A stretch of DNA of 64,000 nt from an uncultured Enterobacteriaceae bacterium (GTDB lineage Bacteria > Desulfobacterota > Binatia > Bin18), in the NCBI GenBank assembly GCA_964460065.1, contig CAYWPF010000081.1:837-64836 (forward strand), given 5' to 3'. The position numbers and the translations under genes are program-made. How positions within the stretch are numbered: position 1 is the first letter of the stretch; each line of letters opens with the position of its first letter. The notes beneath the pieces were generated by a model. It had not been told where the DNA came from. It was given only the letters and a program-made list of their open reading frames with translations, and searched no databases. This document shows positions 50,258-59,925 of this stretch, piece by piece.

Positions 50258-52896
50258 CAATAGAGATCTTCCAAAACATATATGCGATTCTCGTGCCTGA
50301 GGCTTTGTGGGGTCTACTTTTCCTCCCGTTCTTGTGGTTCTGGATCGTTAACCGAGCGGCGAGCACAGCACTCGTATGCGCCACAATATTTCGAACGGCC
50401 GCAGTCGTCTGTATCGTTTTAGCTTTAGCAGGCCTTAGCCACAAATCCTTCGTCTCCCAGGAGAAGCTCGCTATAGTGGGCAGTGTTGACACTTCCGACA
50501 GTGTTTCTCCAGAAGGTCGTTCCTGGAGCCTAAACTACCTTCGAGAGCTTCGGGAAACGCTGTCAAGCGACGACGAGTTCTCGGTACTTTCCTTCGCCGG
50601 CGACACACAACTCCTTCTCCCGCCCGGTCCCGCCAAAGCGGCGGCAACGCTTTCCACCGCCCCCTCGCCCGGCGGTGGTACGGACACGAATCTAGCGCAA
50701 GCCTTGGAAAGATCTTTGTCACTTTATCCAGAGGGAGTAACTAAACGGCTCGTACTGATAACCGACGGAAACGAGACGATAGGAAAAGCAAAAGGTGTGG
50801 TGCGGGTCGCGCGTCAAATGGGAGTGGAAATTTATCCAATAATACCTCCATCACAACCGCTTACGGAGGTATCGCTCGAAAAGTTTATGGTACCGCCGCT
50901 CACGCGGGCAGGAGGTGTTTTTGACATTCGACTAGTGGTACGGAATAGCCACAGCCAACCTGTACAAGCCCGCGCAAACATTTTTGCCGATGATCGTCTG
51001 CTCACACGTCAAGTAATTAACCTTATCCCTGGACTGTCAGTTTTGGAGATACCGTCCCAAATTTTAGACCGGGGGAATTACCTCCTCCGTGCGGAAATCG
51101 AGGCTACCCAGGATACTATACCTGGAAATAACACTCAAACCGCAAATCTCGCTGTCTCCGGCAAACCGCGTGCGTTAGTTATCACAAACAATCCTAGGAC
51201 TCATCTCGCACGTGCTCTAGTACTGAAAGAAGTTGATATCGAGTTTCGCAGTCCCGAAGCGTTACCGCGTAACCTTACCGACTTGCTGGATTACAATAGC
51301 ATTCTTTTCGACGATGTGGCGCGCAGAGACATCGATCAACAACAGATGAACGCGATCGAGAAATACGTCCGCGATTTCGGGGGCGGTTTCCTAATGGCCG
51401 GCGGTACTAAAACTTTCGGGAATTTGGCCTACCGCGACTCCCCGATTGAACGTATTTTGCCGGTTTCCTTTAATGAACAGCGTCCGAAAAAGAAAAAACG
51501 TATACCTATCGCTCTGTTCTTATTGATCGACCGCTCCAACAGTATGGGATACAATAGCCAAATTCGCGGACTGCACGATGGCCAAAAAATGGTCTACGCC
51601 CAAAAGGCGGCTACCGCGGTATTGGAGCAACTGCGAAACACGGACCGAGCAGGCGCCATCGCGTTTGATTCTGAGGCCTACGCACTTGCCCCTTTGAACC
51701 GGCTTTCAAAGAATCGGGCACGGCTCAACAATCGAATCAGTCGTCTCCGGTATGGAGGAGGCACGGACTTTTATCAAGCACTGGAGGCAGCCGCTGACCA
51801 GCTGAGTAGAAGCCGTCGATCTATTCGTCATATCATTCTGTTGACCGATGGTGACACGAACCGCAGTCCTACTGACCATTATCCCCTCATCAAGACAATC
51901 GCACAAAGACAGATTTCTATTACCACTATTAGGATTGGTTCCGACACGGTCAATCTGCAGCTACTATCCTACATGTCTGAAAAAACTGGGGGGCGCTTTT
52001 ATCATGTAGAAGACGTAACAAAGCTACCGCAACTTTTGGTAAAAGACACGCGACGCACCTTGAGAACGAAAGGTAAAGAGGATGAGGGACCAAAGGACAT
52101 CATCCCGCTAATTGATCAACGTGGACAGATTTTGCGTGGACTGTCACAGTTTCCTGCGCTCGAAGATTACATGCTTACTCGGCCAAAACAACGGGCGACG
52201 GTTCAATTATATACGGACGTCCACAAGGAACGTGACCCTCTACTTGCCACATGGCAATATGGGCTGGGCAAAGTAGTTGCGGTGCCTTTCGACCCTAGTG
52301 GATCAGGTTCGGGCGATTGGATACGCTGGAACGGCTTCAGCAAATTTTGGTCGCAGGCAGTCCGATGGGCAATGCGTGTAGAGAGCCCCTTCGACTATCG
52401 TGCTGCGATAATTGATTCTGGGGATAAAGTTACACTCCGGGTAGAGTCTTTCGAAAGCTACGATGGGAGTACTCTGTTCGCACGCGTGGGCCAAACCAAT
52501 AAGAACGCCCCTCTGGTGCTGATGCCGACGGCCCCGCGGATTTACACCGCAACCCTGCCCAGGCGTTATGAAGGTAGCGTCCCTGTCACATTGATCAAGA
52601 GGCAAGGCACAAAAATCGTTAACCAACGAAAACTTACGGTACCTGTGGACACTGATGGCGGGAACGTATTCAAGGAATATCGGCAAAGACAACCGAATAA
52701 AGCGCTGCTCCACACCTTGGCGGACGCTACGGGAGGGAAACTGGGTGCTACGGTTTCCGAAATCACCTCGCGAGTAAAAAGCGGGACGCATGCGTCTTTT
52801 GAATCCCTGGGGAACCATCTCATCTTGTTCTCCGTCATATTCATCTTAATCGATATAGCTTTGCGTTTTATCTCTACACGACCAACCACAACTTAG
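50254..52896 (+). CDS. Membrane protein with two VWA domains and a glutamine-amidotransferase-like domain
   Basis: DTSDSV and LITDGNET; GGG.LMAGG...FG...Y....IE..LPV; DRSNSM and LLTDG; PLLA.WQYGLGK, W..W...KFW.Q. Confidence 0.85.
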   Translation: MTIEIFQNIYAILVPEALWGLLFLPFLWFWIVNRAASTALVCATIFRTAAVVCIVLALAGLSHKSFVSQEKLAIVGSVDTSDSVSPEGRSWSLNYLRELRETLSSDDEFSVLSFAGDTQLLLPPGPAKAAATLSTAPSPGGGTDTNLAQALERSLSLYPEGVTKRLVLITDGNETIGKAKGVVRVARQMGVEIYPIIPPSQPLTEVSLEKFMVPPLTRAGGVFDIRLVVRNSHSQPVQARANIFADDRLLTRQVINLIPGLSVLEIPSQILDRGNYLLRAEIEATQDTIPGNNTQTANLAVSGKPRALVITNNPRTHLARALVLKEVDIEFRSPEALPRNLTDLLDYNSILFDDVARRDIDQQQMNAIEKYVRDFGGGFLMAGGTKTFGNLAYRDSPIERILPVSFNEQRPKKKKRIPIALFLLIDRSNSMGYNSQIRGLHDGQKMVYAQKAATAVLEQLRNTDRAGAIAFDSEAYALAPLNRLSKNRARLNNRISRLRYGGGTDFYQALEAAADQLSRSRRSIRHIILLTDGDTNRSPTDHYPLIKTIAQRQISITTIRIGSDTVNLQLLSYMSEKTGGRFYHVEDVTKLPQLLVKDTRRTLRTKGKEDEGPKDIIPLIDQRGQILRGLSQFPALEDYMLTRPKQRATVQLYTDVHKERDPLLATWQYGLGKVVAVPFDPSGSGSGDWIRWNGFSKFWSQAVRWAMRVESPFDYRAAIIDSGDKVTLRVESFESYDGSTLFARVGQTNKNAPLVLMPTAPRIYTATLPRRYEGSVPVTLIKRQGTKIVNQRKLTVPVDTDGGNVFKEYRQRQPNKALLHTLADATGGKLGATVSEITSRVKSGTHASFESLGNHLILFSVIFILIDIALRFISTRPTTT

Positions 52897-53166
52897 GGAC
52901 GAGGAATGATAAAGACTGGTATAAGGCGCTTGTTAGCAAAACTAACCTACACCAATCACAAATTGATTAGCGCTCTAACGTTCGTCACCAGTCGAGCACG
53001 TTTGTTACAACCATGCCCCTGAGACTACGCGTCCCTAGGAATAAATTTTATTACAAAAAGACGATATCTCTTCTTTTCAGGAATTACATTTCCGCCGAGG
53101 CCGTTGGCAAAAGACAAAAACCGCACAATAATAAGGCACGTCTCCTGCAACAGGGAAGGTAATAAT

Positions 53167-53637
53167 ATGGCATCTTTTTTATCAATGGATGATCCCAGGT
53201 TCTGGAAACAATGCCCGGAAGAACTGAAAGGCCTCGTTCAAACTCCTTTAGAAGGCGTAACCGGACTGGCTTACTTCTTGCTTGGGGAGCGTAAAGACAA
53301 CCCTCCGACGGTAGTAACGCTACGTATGGGTCCAAACTGGACGCTGCCCCGCCACGCGCACGACTGTCACCGATTTGAGATTGTGGTGCAAGGAACCCTC
53401 GACGTGGGTGACCGTGTTCTTAAGCCAGGGGATATCATGATACCCGAACCTGGCGTCGCCTATGGTCCACACATTGCCGGCCCAGAAGGCTGCACTACTT
53501 TCGAAATTTTTAGCGACCACCGCGGTTCCTACGTAACGCTCGTGGATACGCCCGAAGGACGGATCGAATGTGATGTTTCTACTCCGGAAGGGATGAAGGC
53601 AATGGAGCGGGCCATGCTCCGAGATGCGCAATCGTGA
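53167..53637 (+). CDS. Cupin-domain protein (ChrR-like)
   Basis: LPRHAHDC.RFE.VVQG, LKPGD......YGPH.AGPEGC; ATG 53167 preferred over TTG 53104. Confidence 0.75.
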   Translation: MASFLSMDDPRFWKQCPEELKGLVQTPLEGVTGLAYFLLGERKDNPPTVVTLRMGPNWTLPRHAHDCHRFEIVVQGTLDVGDRVLKPGDIMIPEPGVAYGPHIAGPEGCTTFEIFSDHRGSYVTLVDTPEGRIECDVSTPEGMKAMERAMLRDAQS

Positions 53638-53962
53638 TGGAGGCCTGTGTTAATTTTCTAGAAAAGCAGTTAAGAGCGCCTGCTGTCCGTGGGACAGGCG
53701 AGATTGGGATATTTATATTGCTCTGGAACTTCTTGCTAGGCCACGGCGCGGACGCTTGACGCAGATTGCATCGGATGGCGAAAGGCGTCCCTAAAAAGCT
53801 GAATGACCTATTTGCGCATTGACACTGACTCTTCAAAAATCTCCTATACCCCAACTGCTGTCTAACCACATTTGTTAGAGCTTGTTGGTTATGTTAGAAA
53901 CTCTTTAAGAACGAATCGCACCCCAAGACAAATTCGTGCGATCTAGGCTTAAAATAGAACCC

Positions 53963-54289
53963 ATGTTTTTCTTCAAAGTATCGCTAGCATGCGTAGCCCT
54001 TGTTCTGGTCACAAGCTCATGTTCTTGGCTTCCCTTCAATAAGGATTGTTGTAACGGTGACCGGGCTAGGGGACTATCGTATCTCCAAGAGGACGGGCAG
54101 TTTCAAGCAAAAACGCTGACTAGGGCGAACTCAAGAGTCAACGAACCGGCGCCAGGGGAAACTATAACCAAGCCAGGCCTCCTTTCTAAATATAACCCAT
54201 TTAAAAGCCTTATGGATTCAGGTGATGAGAGCGCACCAACAGCTTCTGATGAGGAAGAGGGAGTTTTTCGCAACCTACTCCCATTCTAG
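53963..54289 (+). CDS. Hypothetical lipoprotein
   Basis: Hydrophobic leader with VTSSC lipobox-like motif; start uncertain (53936 or 53963). Confidence 0.55.
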   Translation: MFFFKVSLACVALVLVTSSCSWLPFNKDCCNGDRARGLSYLQEDGQFQAKTLTRANSRVNEPAPGETITKPGLLSKYNPFKSLMDSGDESAPTASDEEEGVFRNLLPF

Positions 54290-54362
54290 AAACCCGGAAG
54301 TAGTCCTTCACCCTCTGGTCTGAGTGATATCCGCGGCGGTTTTCTGATACTTCGATCAAAGG

Positions 54363-55046
54363 CTATTTTGATTTCTTAAGCCCAAGTCGCTCATAATACT
54401 TCTCCGGTATTTTTTCCGGATCCTTGTACATGATGAAGGAGCAATGCTCCTTACCTAGGACCGCCGCCGGCTCAACCACCACAAACGGTTTGCCGTTTTT
54501 TTCTATATCGACCAACTCCATTGGTGGTTCGTGAGCACAATACACCGGAAAATCAGCGCGGTTATAAGTCATCCGTTGCGGTTTCTTCACCGTATAGAAA
54601 CCATCAGGTCCATCGTACTTCCCCTCGAGTACCATGCGGCCTCCACTCCCGCAAGGTCGCATTTGCACAACCACTTTCTCATCATCTTCTTCTATTTGCA
54701 TAGGCTGCAGATGCCCTCGCAAACCGGCTACAAACATTTTGATCTTCTGGGGCAGGGATTTAGGATCATTGGGCATTTTTTCTAAACTTGGTAGCCACCA
54801 CGCCTTCACACCTTCAGTCATGATCTCGTCCAACACTTCATCCCCAAAACGTTTTCCTATCTCACTTAGCGTGGCGGTAGTCCAATTGCGATACAGGTCG
54901 TGCATTGCAAGGAACTCATTGTACATACTTTTTGCGATCTTTTTCGCCTGCTCAGCGTCTCCTGCTTCGATTGCTTCGGTCAAACGGTCAACCGTGCGTT
55001 TTCCCATATCGCGCATTTCTTCATCAGAAAAAAATCGATCTCCCAT
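54363..55046 (-). CDS. Conserved hypothetical protein with a Cys/His putative metal site
   Basis: HD, PCGSGGR, PVYCAH, HC motifs; ATG 55046 with GGGAGG RBS. Confidence 0.7.
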   Translation of the reverse strand: MGDRFFSDEEMRDMGKRTVDRLTEAIEAGDAEQAKKIAKSMYNEFLAMHDLYRNWTTATLSEIGKRFGDEVLDEIMTEGVKAWWLPSLEKMPNDPKSLPQKIKMFVAGLRGHLQPMQIEEDDEKVVVQMRPCGSGGRMVLEGKYDGPDGFYTVKKPQRMTYNRADFPVYCAHEPPMELVDIEKNGKPFVVVEPAAVLGKEHCSFIMYKDPEKIPEKYYERLGLKKSK

Positions 55047-55216
55047 ATTGCAGCCTCCCAATTTGGTATAACCTCCCCGCGGTATATCCTACCGGACTCA
55101 CATATTGCAATTGCAAAGAGGACAAACGCTCTGTAGTAGTTACTCAGGCGCCCTTCAGTAGAAGTCAGCTGAGGAACCAAACCAAACTTGCGATCGCGAT
55201 CGGAGTTTCCCGGACA

Positions 55217-57235
55217 ATGCAGTTTGCCCGTACCGCCAACGTGAAGCTTTCTCCCATCAAAGCCATGGAGCTGGCAGCAAGCCGTGTTCCGGACATCATT
55301 TCTTTGGCTCAAGGGATTCCGAATATAGATACCCCCGGTCCGATAAAGTCTTTTGTTCAACAAAAAATAGCAGAAGGAGCATGCGCTAAGTATTCGTTAA
55401 CACCCGGTCTGCCGCAGCTACGCGAGAGCATTGCCGACGCCTTGCTGCGAGAGGGAATGCACTACGATCCCGATCAGGAAATTATAGTCTCGGCCGGATC
55501 CGTCGAGGCAATAGCCTCGACATTGCTTGCGGTCACCCAACCAGGAGATGAAGTTATCCTACCTTCGCCCAGCTATGCCTCTTACCAAGAGATGGTCCGT
55601 GTTGCCGGTTGCACCCCTAGATTCGCCCCGCTCGAAGAAGAATCGAATTTTTCATTCAACGAACAGGCGTTCGAAGAATGTATAACACAACGGACCCGCG
55701 CCATATTGTACTGCAACCCCAACAACCCTACAGGCACGGTATTTTCCGAAAAAGAGAGCCGGGCGATAGTGAGACTGGCCGAACGTCACGGTTTATATCT
55801 GATTATCGACGAGGCTTATAAAGACTTTATTTACGGTGCCGAAGCATATTTCAGCCCCGCTCAGTTACCAGCTGTTCGGGACCGTGTAGTGCGCATCTTT
55901 ACGTTTTCAAAGGCCTTTGGAATGACAGGGTGGCGTGTAGGGTACCTTCATTCAGACAGGCAAATAGTTAAGGAAATCCTAAAAGTGCACGATGCCTTGG
56001 TCACGTGCGCTCCCGTAATCTCCCAGTACGCCGCACTCGCGGCATTAGAAATAGGAGAAGAGCACATATCATCCTTCCTAAAATCGTTAAAACAACGTCG
56101 TGACCTCACATTGAATTATCTCGACCAACTTTCAGACATTTTTGATTATCAGAAGCCAGAAGGTGCCTATTTCGTTTTTCCCCGTATAAAGGACATCGTC
56201 CCCTACTCAAGAGATTCCCAGGCTCTTGCCCACGATCTCCTGAAAAAGGCAAAGGTCGCCGTAGTTCCAGGTAGCGCATTCGGGCCCACTGGCGAATCAC
56301 ATATTAGGCTCAATTTTGGTCGTGAGAGCAGCGATATCACGGCAGCGTTTGAAAGGCTCACCTCGTATTTCCGGCCCACACCTTCTCTATCTAGAAAGGT
56401 CGCTCCAGGCAGAGAGAATCCAGAGGGCTTGGAGAAACTGAATGGTCAGAGCTACTCCGCCCCCTCCTTAGTTGTGGATCTTCTTAGCCGGGGCGCCGCG
56501 CGGAGATTAATGCTCTTCTTTCTGAAAAAATTGGCACGTATCGCCATATGGCGCAAATCCCCTCGAATTATCGCGATCGCTGGTAGTCACGGTAAAACAG
56601 TTGTCAAACGCACCATAGTTGAACTCTTGTCCACCTATCACAAGGTACAATCAAATCCGCGGTCCTATAACACAGACATCGGCCTTCCATTGGCGATACT
56701 GAATGTTCAGCTGAATTCGTTGCGCTTTACATCAATTGCCCAAAGTATCTCAAAGGCCGTCTGGAACATTCTGTTCGAAAGGGCCCCGCTAGACTATCTC
56801 GTCTTAGAACTCGGTGTCCGAAATAGTGGGGATATGCAACAGCTTCTCGGGACAGTATTACCCGATATCGCGATACTCACGACTCTCACCCCAAGCTATA
56901 GTGACGACGTAGAGGTTCTCCGTACACTCCAGGATGAAATGAAGATACTGGTGGGCGCCGCGGGGGCAACGTGCCAGTTCGTCGTTGATGGCGACGATCC
57001 TCTACTCGAGGAAGTCACACGCTCTCTCCCTAAACAAGCCATTGTTATTCGGAGCACAGCCTGGACGGAGAGCAGTTGCAACCTGCAGCTCGCTGGGCGT
57101 ACCGGCCAATACGAGGTTGCGCGGGAGATTATCGGCAAGAACGAGCGCTTTTCAGTACAAGCCGCACTGGCCGTTGCAGAATATGAGGCTCATTTGTCCC
57201 GCCGTAGGATTGCGCTTTTCTTAGGCACCACGTAG
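55217..57235 (+). CDS. Class I/II PLP aminotransferase fused to a MurF-like ATP-binding domain
   Basis: N-terminal: SLAQG.P, G...LRE.IA, NPNNPTG, DEAY, FSKAFGMTGWRVG; C-terminal: IIAIAGSHGKT, SYNTDIGLPL, LVLELGV...GDM, PDIAILT; ATG 55217 with GGAG RBS. Confidence 0.85.
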   Translation: MQFARTANVKLSPIKAMELAASRVPDIISLAQGIPNIDTPGPIKSFVQQKIAEGACAKYSLTPGLPQLRESIADALLREGMHYDPDQEIIVSAGSVEAIASTLLAVTQPGDEVILPSPSYASYQEMVRVAGCTPRFAPLEEESNFSFNEQAFEECITQRTRAILYCNPNNPTGTVFSEKESRAIVRLAERHGLYLIIDEAYKDFIYGAEAYFSPAQLPAVRDRVVRIFTFSKAFGMTGWRVGYLHSDRQIVKEILKVHDALVTCAPVISQYAALAALEIGEEHISSFLKSLKQRRDLTLNYLDQLSDIFDYQKPEGAYFVFPRIKDIVPYSRDSQALAHDLLKKAKVAVVPGSAFGPTGESHIRLNFGRESSDITAAFERLTSYFRPTPSLSRKVAPGRENPEGLEKLNGQSYSAPSLVVDLLSRGAARRLMLFFLKKLARIAIWRKSPRIIAIAGSHGKTVVKRTIVELLSTYHKVQSNPRSYNTDIGLPLAILNVQLNSLRFTSIAQSISKAVWNILFERAPLDYLVLELGVRNSGDMQQLLGTVLPDIAILTTLTPSYSDDVEVLRTLQDEMKILVGAAGATCQFVVDGDDPLLEEVTRSLPKQAIVIRSTAWTESSCNLQLAGRTGQYEVAREIIGKNERFSVQAALAVAEYEAHLSRRRIALFLGTT

Positions 57236-57377
57236 ATGTGTCCCTCGGTCCTACTTGCAAAGCACGTCTAAGTCGTACTATGGTTGTTCTTCTATGGACG
57301 ACCCCCCATCTGACGACTTTTCGTCGCGCACTAACTGCCGACGCACCTCGGTTCATGAGGAGGTGTGAAGCGGAGGC

Positions 57378-58706
57378 ATGGACAGTCCCACCGTCGGCTT
57401 GCTCATCACGTTCTTAATTGTTCTTACCAACGCATTTTTCGTCGCGGCCGAGTTTGCAATCGTCAAGGTTCGTGCATCCCAAATAGAACTGCTGGTCCAA
57501 GCGGGTAGCCGTGCAGCAAAAATGGGCCAGCACCTTATCAGTCATTTAGATTCCTATCTTGCGGCAACGCAGTTAGGTATTACGCTAACCTCGCTAGGAC
57601 TCGGTTGGATTGGTGAGCCGGTGGTCGCCCGACTGATAATGGACTTCATGGAATTAACGGCTATACAGGCCGATCCAGAACTGGCGCACAGCCTCGCACT
57701 ACCAATCGCGTTTGTTACCATAACCTTCCTCCATATTGTGTTTGGCGAGTTAGCCCCAAAGAGCCTAGCCATCCAACATTCACAACAAACAACGCTCGCG
57801 ATCGCCTTTCCTCTTTGGCTTTTCTATATTGTTTTTTCGCCCGCAATTATCGCGCTGAACTGGGTTTCGAACAAACTCTTGCATTCTGTCGGAATTGCGT
57901 CCGCGGACGGGTCCGCACATTATCATTCGGGCGAAGAACTGCGATTCCTCCTAGAACAAGTGAAAGAAGGGGGGACTATAGAAGAGGAAGAACACGAGCT
58001 AATAGAGAATGTCTTTGAATTCGGTGATACTAGTGTCCGTGAGATCATGGTGCCAAGGACGAACGTGGCAGCGGTAGATGTGACCACCCAGCACAGTGAC
58101 TTGATTAAGCTACTCGTAGAGGGGGGTTATAGCCGCATACCAGTTTACGAAAAATCGCTCGATAACGTCTTGGGTATCGTCCATGCAAAGGACCTAATTA
58201 CTTTGATGGAACACCGCGACCTAATCATTGTTCGCGACCTCATTCGTCCGGCGTTCTTCGTGCCGGAAACGAAGCCTATCGACGACTTACTGAGGGAATT
58301 TCAGCACCGCAAGGTGCATATCGCGATCGTCGTAGACGAGTTTGGCAGCACTGCGGGGATCGTTACAATGGAAGACGTTTTGGAGGAGCTTGTAGGCGAA
58401 ATCCAGGACGAACATGATACCGACACCGATGATATTCAACAGGTTAATGACCAAATTTATATCGTAAATGCGGACCGCTCGGTCTCCGATGTCAATGATC
58501 ACCTCGGCGATCCGACTTTGCCTGAGGCGGACGATTACACGAGTGTGGGCGGATTTATAAACAAATGGCTTGGCCGTATTCCGGAGGTCGGCGAAACCTT
58601 CGATTATAATTCACTTCGGATGACCGTACTCGAGAACAATAATCATCACGTTTCTAGCGTCCGGATTGAGCGACTGCCGATCGAGCATACGGACGAATCG
58701 GGGTAA
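57378..58706 (+). CDS. Hemolysin/CNNM (HlyC/CorC-type) CBS-domain membrane protein
   Basis: NAFFVAAEFA, QLGIT..SLGLGW.GEP, GEL.PK, MVPRT, SRIPVY, VDEFG...GIVT.ED..EE.VGEI.DE. Confidence 0.92.
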   Translation: MDSPTVGLLITFLIVLTNAFFVAAEFAIVKVRASQIELLVQAGSRAAKMGQHLISHLDSYLAATQLGITLTSLGLGWIGEPVVARLIMDFMELTAIQADPELAHSLALPIAFVTITFLHIVFGELAPKSLAIQHSQQTTLAIAFPLWLFYIVFSPAIIALNWVSNKLLHSVGIASADGSAHYHSGEELRFLLEQVKEGGTIEEEEHELIENVFEFGDTSVREIMVPRTNVAAVDVTTQHSDLIKLLVEGGYSRIPVYEKSLDNVLGIVHAKDLITLMEHRDLIIVRDLIRPAFFVPETKPIDDLLREFQHRKVHIAIVVDEFGSTAGIVTMEDVLEELVGEIQDEHDTDTDDIQQVNDQIYIVNADRSVSDVNDHLGDPTLPEADDYTSVGGFINKWLGRIPEVGETFDYNSLRMTVLENNNHHVSSVRIERLPIEHTDESG

Positions 58707-58729
58707 CGGAATTCAAAACGACAATACCT

Positions 58730-58981
58730 ATGGAGACCTCGGCAATCCTTTATACCCGCTCTGACTGCGGTTTATGTGATGAAATGAAGACTATTCTGGG
58801 ACGTGTAGGCACACGAATCCCTTTTCATCTAGAAGAAATAGACATATCATCCGATGTAAAACTTGAAAGAAGATATGGACTTGAGATACCCGTGCTCTAC
58901 ATAAACGGCGCAAAAGCCTTCCAATACCGAACCACCGAAGAGGAACTCAGGAAATTCTTCGAGAAATTAGTCCATCGTTGA
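58730..58981 (+). CDS. Glutaredoxin-like protein (DUF836 type)
   Basis: LYTR.DCGLCD, DI..D..L..RY...IPVL. Confidence 0.85.
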   Translation: METSAILYTRSDCGLCDEMKTILGRVGTRIPFHLEEIDISSDVKLERRYGLEIPVLYINGAKAFQYRTTEEELRKFFEKLVHR

Positions 58982-58999
58982 GCCGCGGCAGACTGCGGT
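58982..58999. terminator. Short hairpin between convergent genes
   Basis: gccgcgg-caga-ctgcggt. Confidence 0.3.
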
Positions 59000-59012
59000 T
59001 ATGTCATCCCAG

Positions 59013-59810
59013 CTATGGGTCTGCGCTGCCACGCTCGACGACTACCGTTCCTTGAAAACCCTTGCGTGAAAGATCCATCACCTGCTCACGTGCCGCCATT
59101 CGTTCTGAGAATGGGCCCGCTCGCACCTGATAGTAGACGGAACCGGTCGTGGACAAAACCCTGATATATACTCGGTGAGCGATCCTCGCCAAGCATCGTT
59201 CAAGCAACTGAGCGCTCTCCAACTTTCTATAGCTGCCGACCTGCACCGCATACACACGGTCAGAAACATTTGCAGCATGTTCGACCGCCTCCAATTGAAC
59301 GGGCGCCAAACCTCTCTGTTTCATGTCGATTATTTTTGCCGCTTCCATTGATAGGTCCAACATACGGCCATCCCGAAAAGGTCCTCTGTCCCTAATTACC
59401 ACCTCTACCGTCTTTCCATTGTCTAGATTAGTCACCCACGCCACTGTTTCAAATGGAAGGGTCCTATGCGCAGCCGTTAGGGCGTGCTGATCATACATTT
59501 CCCCGCTCGCGGTACGTTTCCCATGAAAACCCGGCCCATACCATGACGCCACGCCTGTCTCGATTATATTTTGGCTGTCGCGAACGGTCAGCCCCATTGA
59601 CCGCTGCATGCACTCTTCTTGCTTCGGGAAAGGATGATTAACGCCCCTTTCTGAGTTCGCTCTGGAGCCTTCAAGTCTTATTTTCTGAACTACGGGTTTT
59701 CCGGTCCCCACACTTTCAAAGATAGGATTCTGCGGATTCCTGACACGGCTTCGCGCGCTGCAACTAGACAAGAGAAGTCCTATAGACAGTATAACCAATA
59801 AGAATTTCAT
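59013..59810 (-). CDS. rlpA: Septal ring lytic transglycosylase RlpA (DPBB plus SPOR), lipoprotein
   Basis: LSSC lipobox; G.ASWYG..FHG..TASGE.YD...LTAAHRTLP, DRGPF, DLS; SPOR domain VQVGS...VRAGPF; start uncertain (59849 or 59810). Confidence 0.9.
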   Translation of the reverse strand: MKFLLVILSIGLLLSSCSARSRVRNPQNPIFESVGTGKPVVQKIRLEGSRANSERGVNHPFPKQEECMQRSMGLTVRDSQNIIETGVASWYGPGFHGKRTASGEMYDQHALTAAHRTLPFETVAWVTNLDNGKTVEVVIRDRGPFRDGRMLDLSMEAAKIIDMKQRGLAPVQLEAVEHAANVSDRVYAVQVGSYRKLESAQLLERCLARIAHRVYIRVLSTTGSVYYQVRAGPFSERMAAREQVMDLSRKGFQGTVVVERGSADP

Positions 59811-59925
59811 TACGTACTGCGCCCCCATTTCGTTCGTCGCGAGAAGCATCCTTTTCTATCAACGACTGTAAGCGGGGACCTCGATTGCTTGTCCTACGCC
59901 CGGTTCCCATGTAGGATCAGACTCG

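Noticed and set aside
54905-55216. 104 aa N-terminal extension of the aminotransferase fusion in the ORF track
   Set aside because: It overlaps the divergent gene and has no domain features; ATG 55217 has an RBS and matches the family start.
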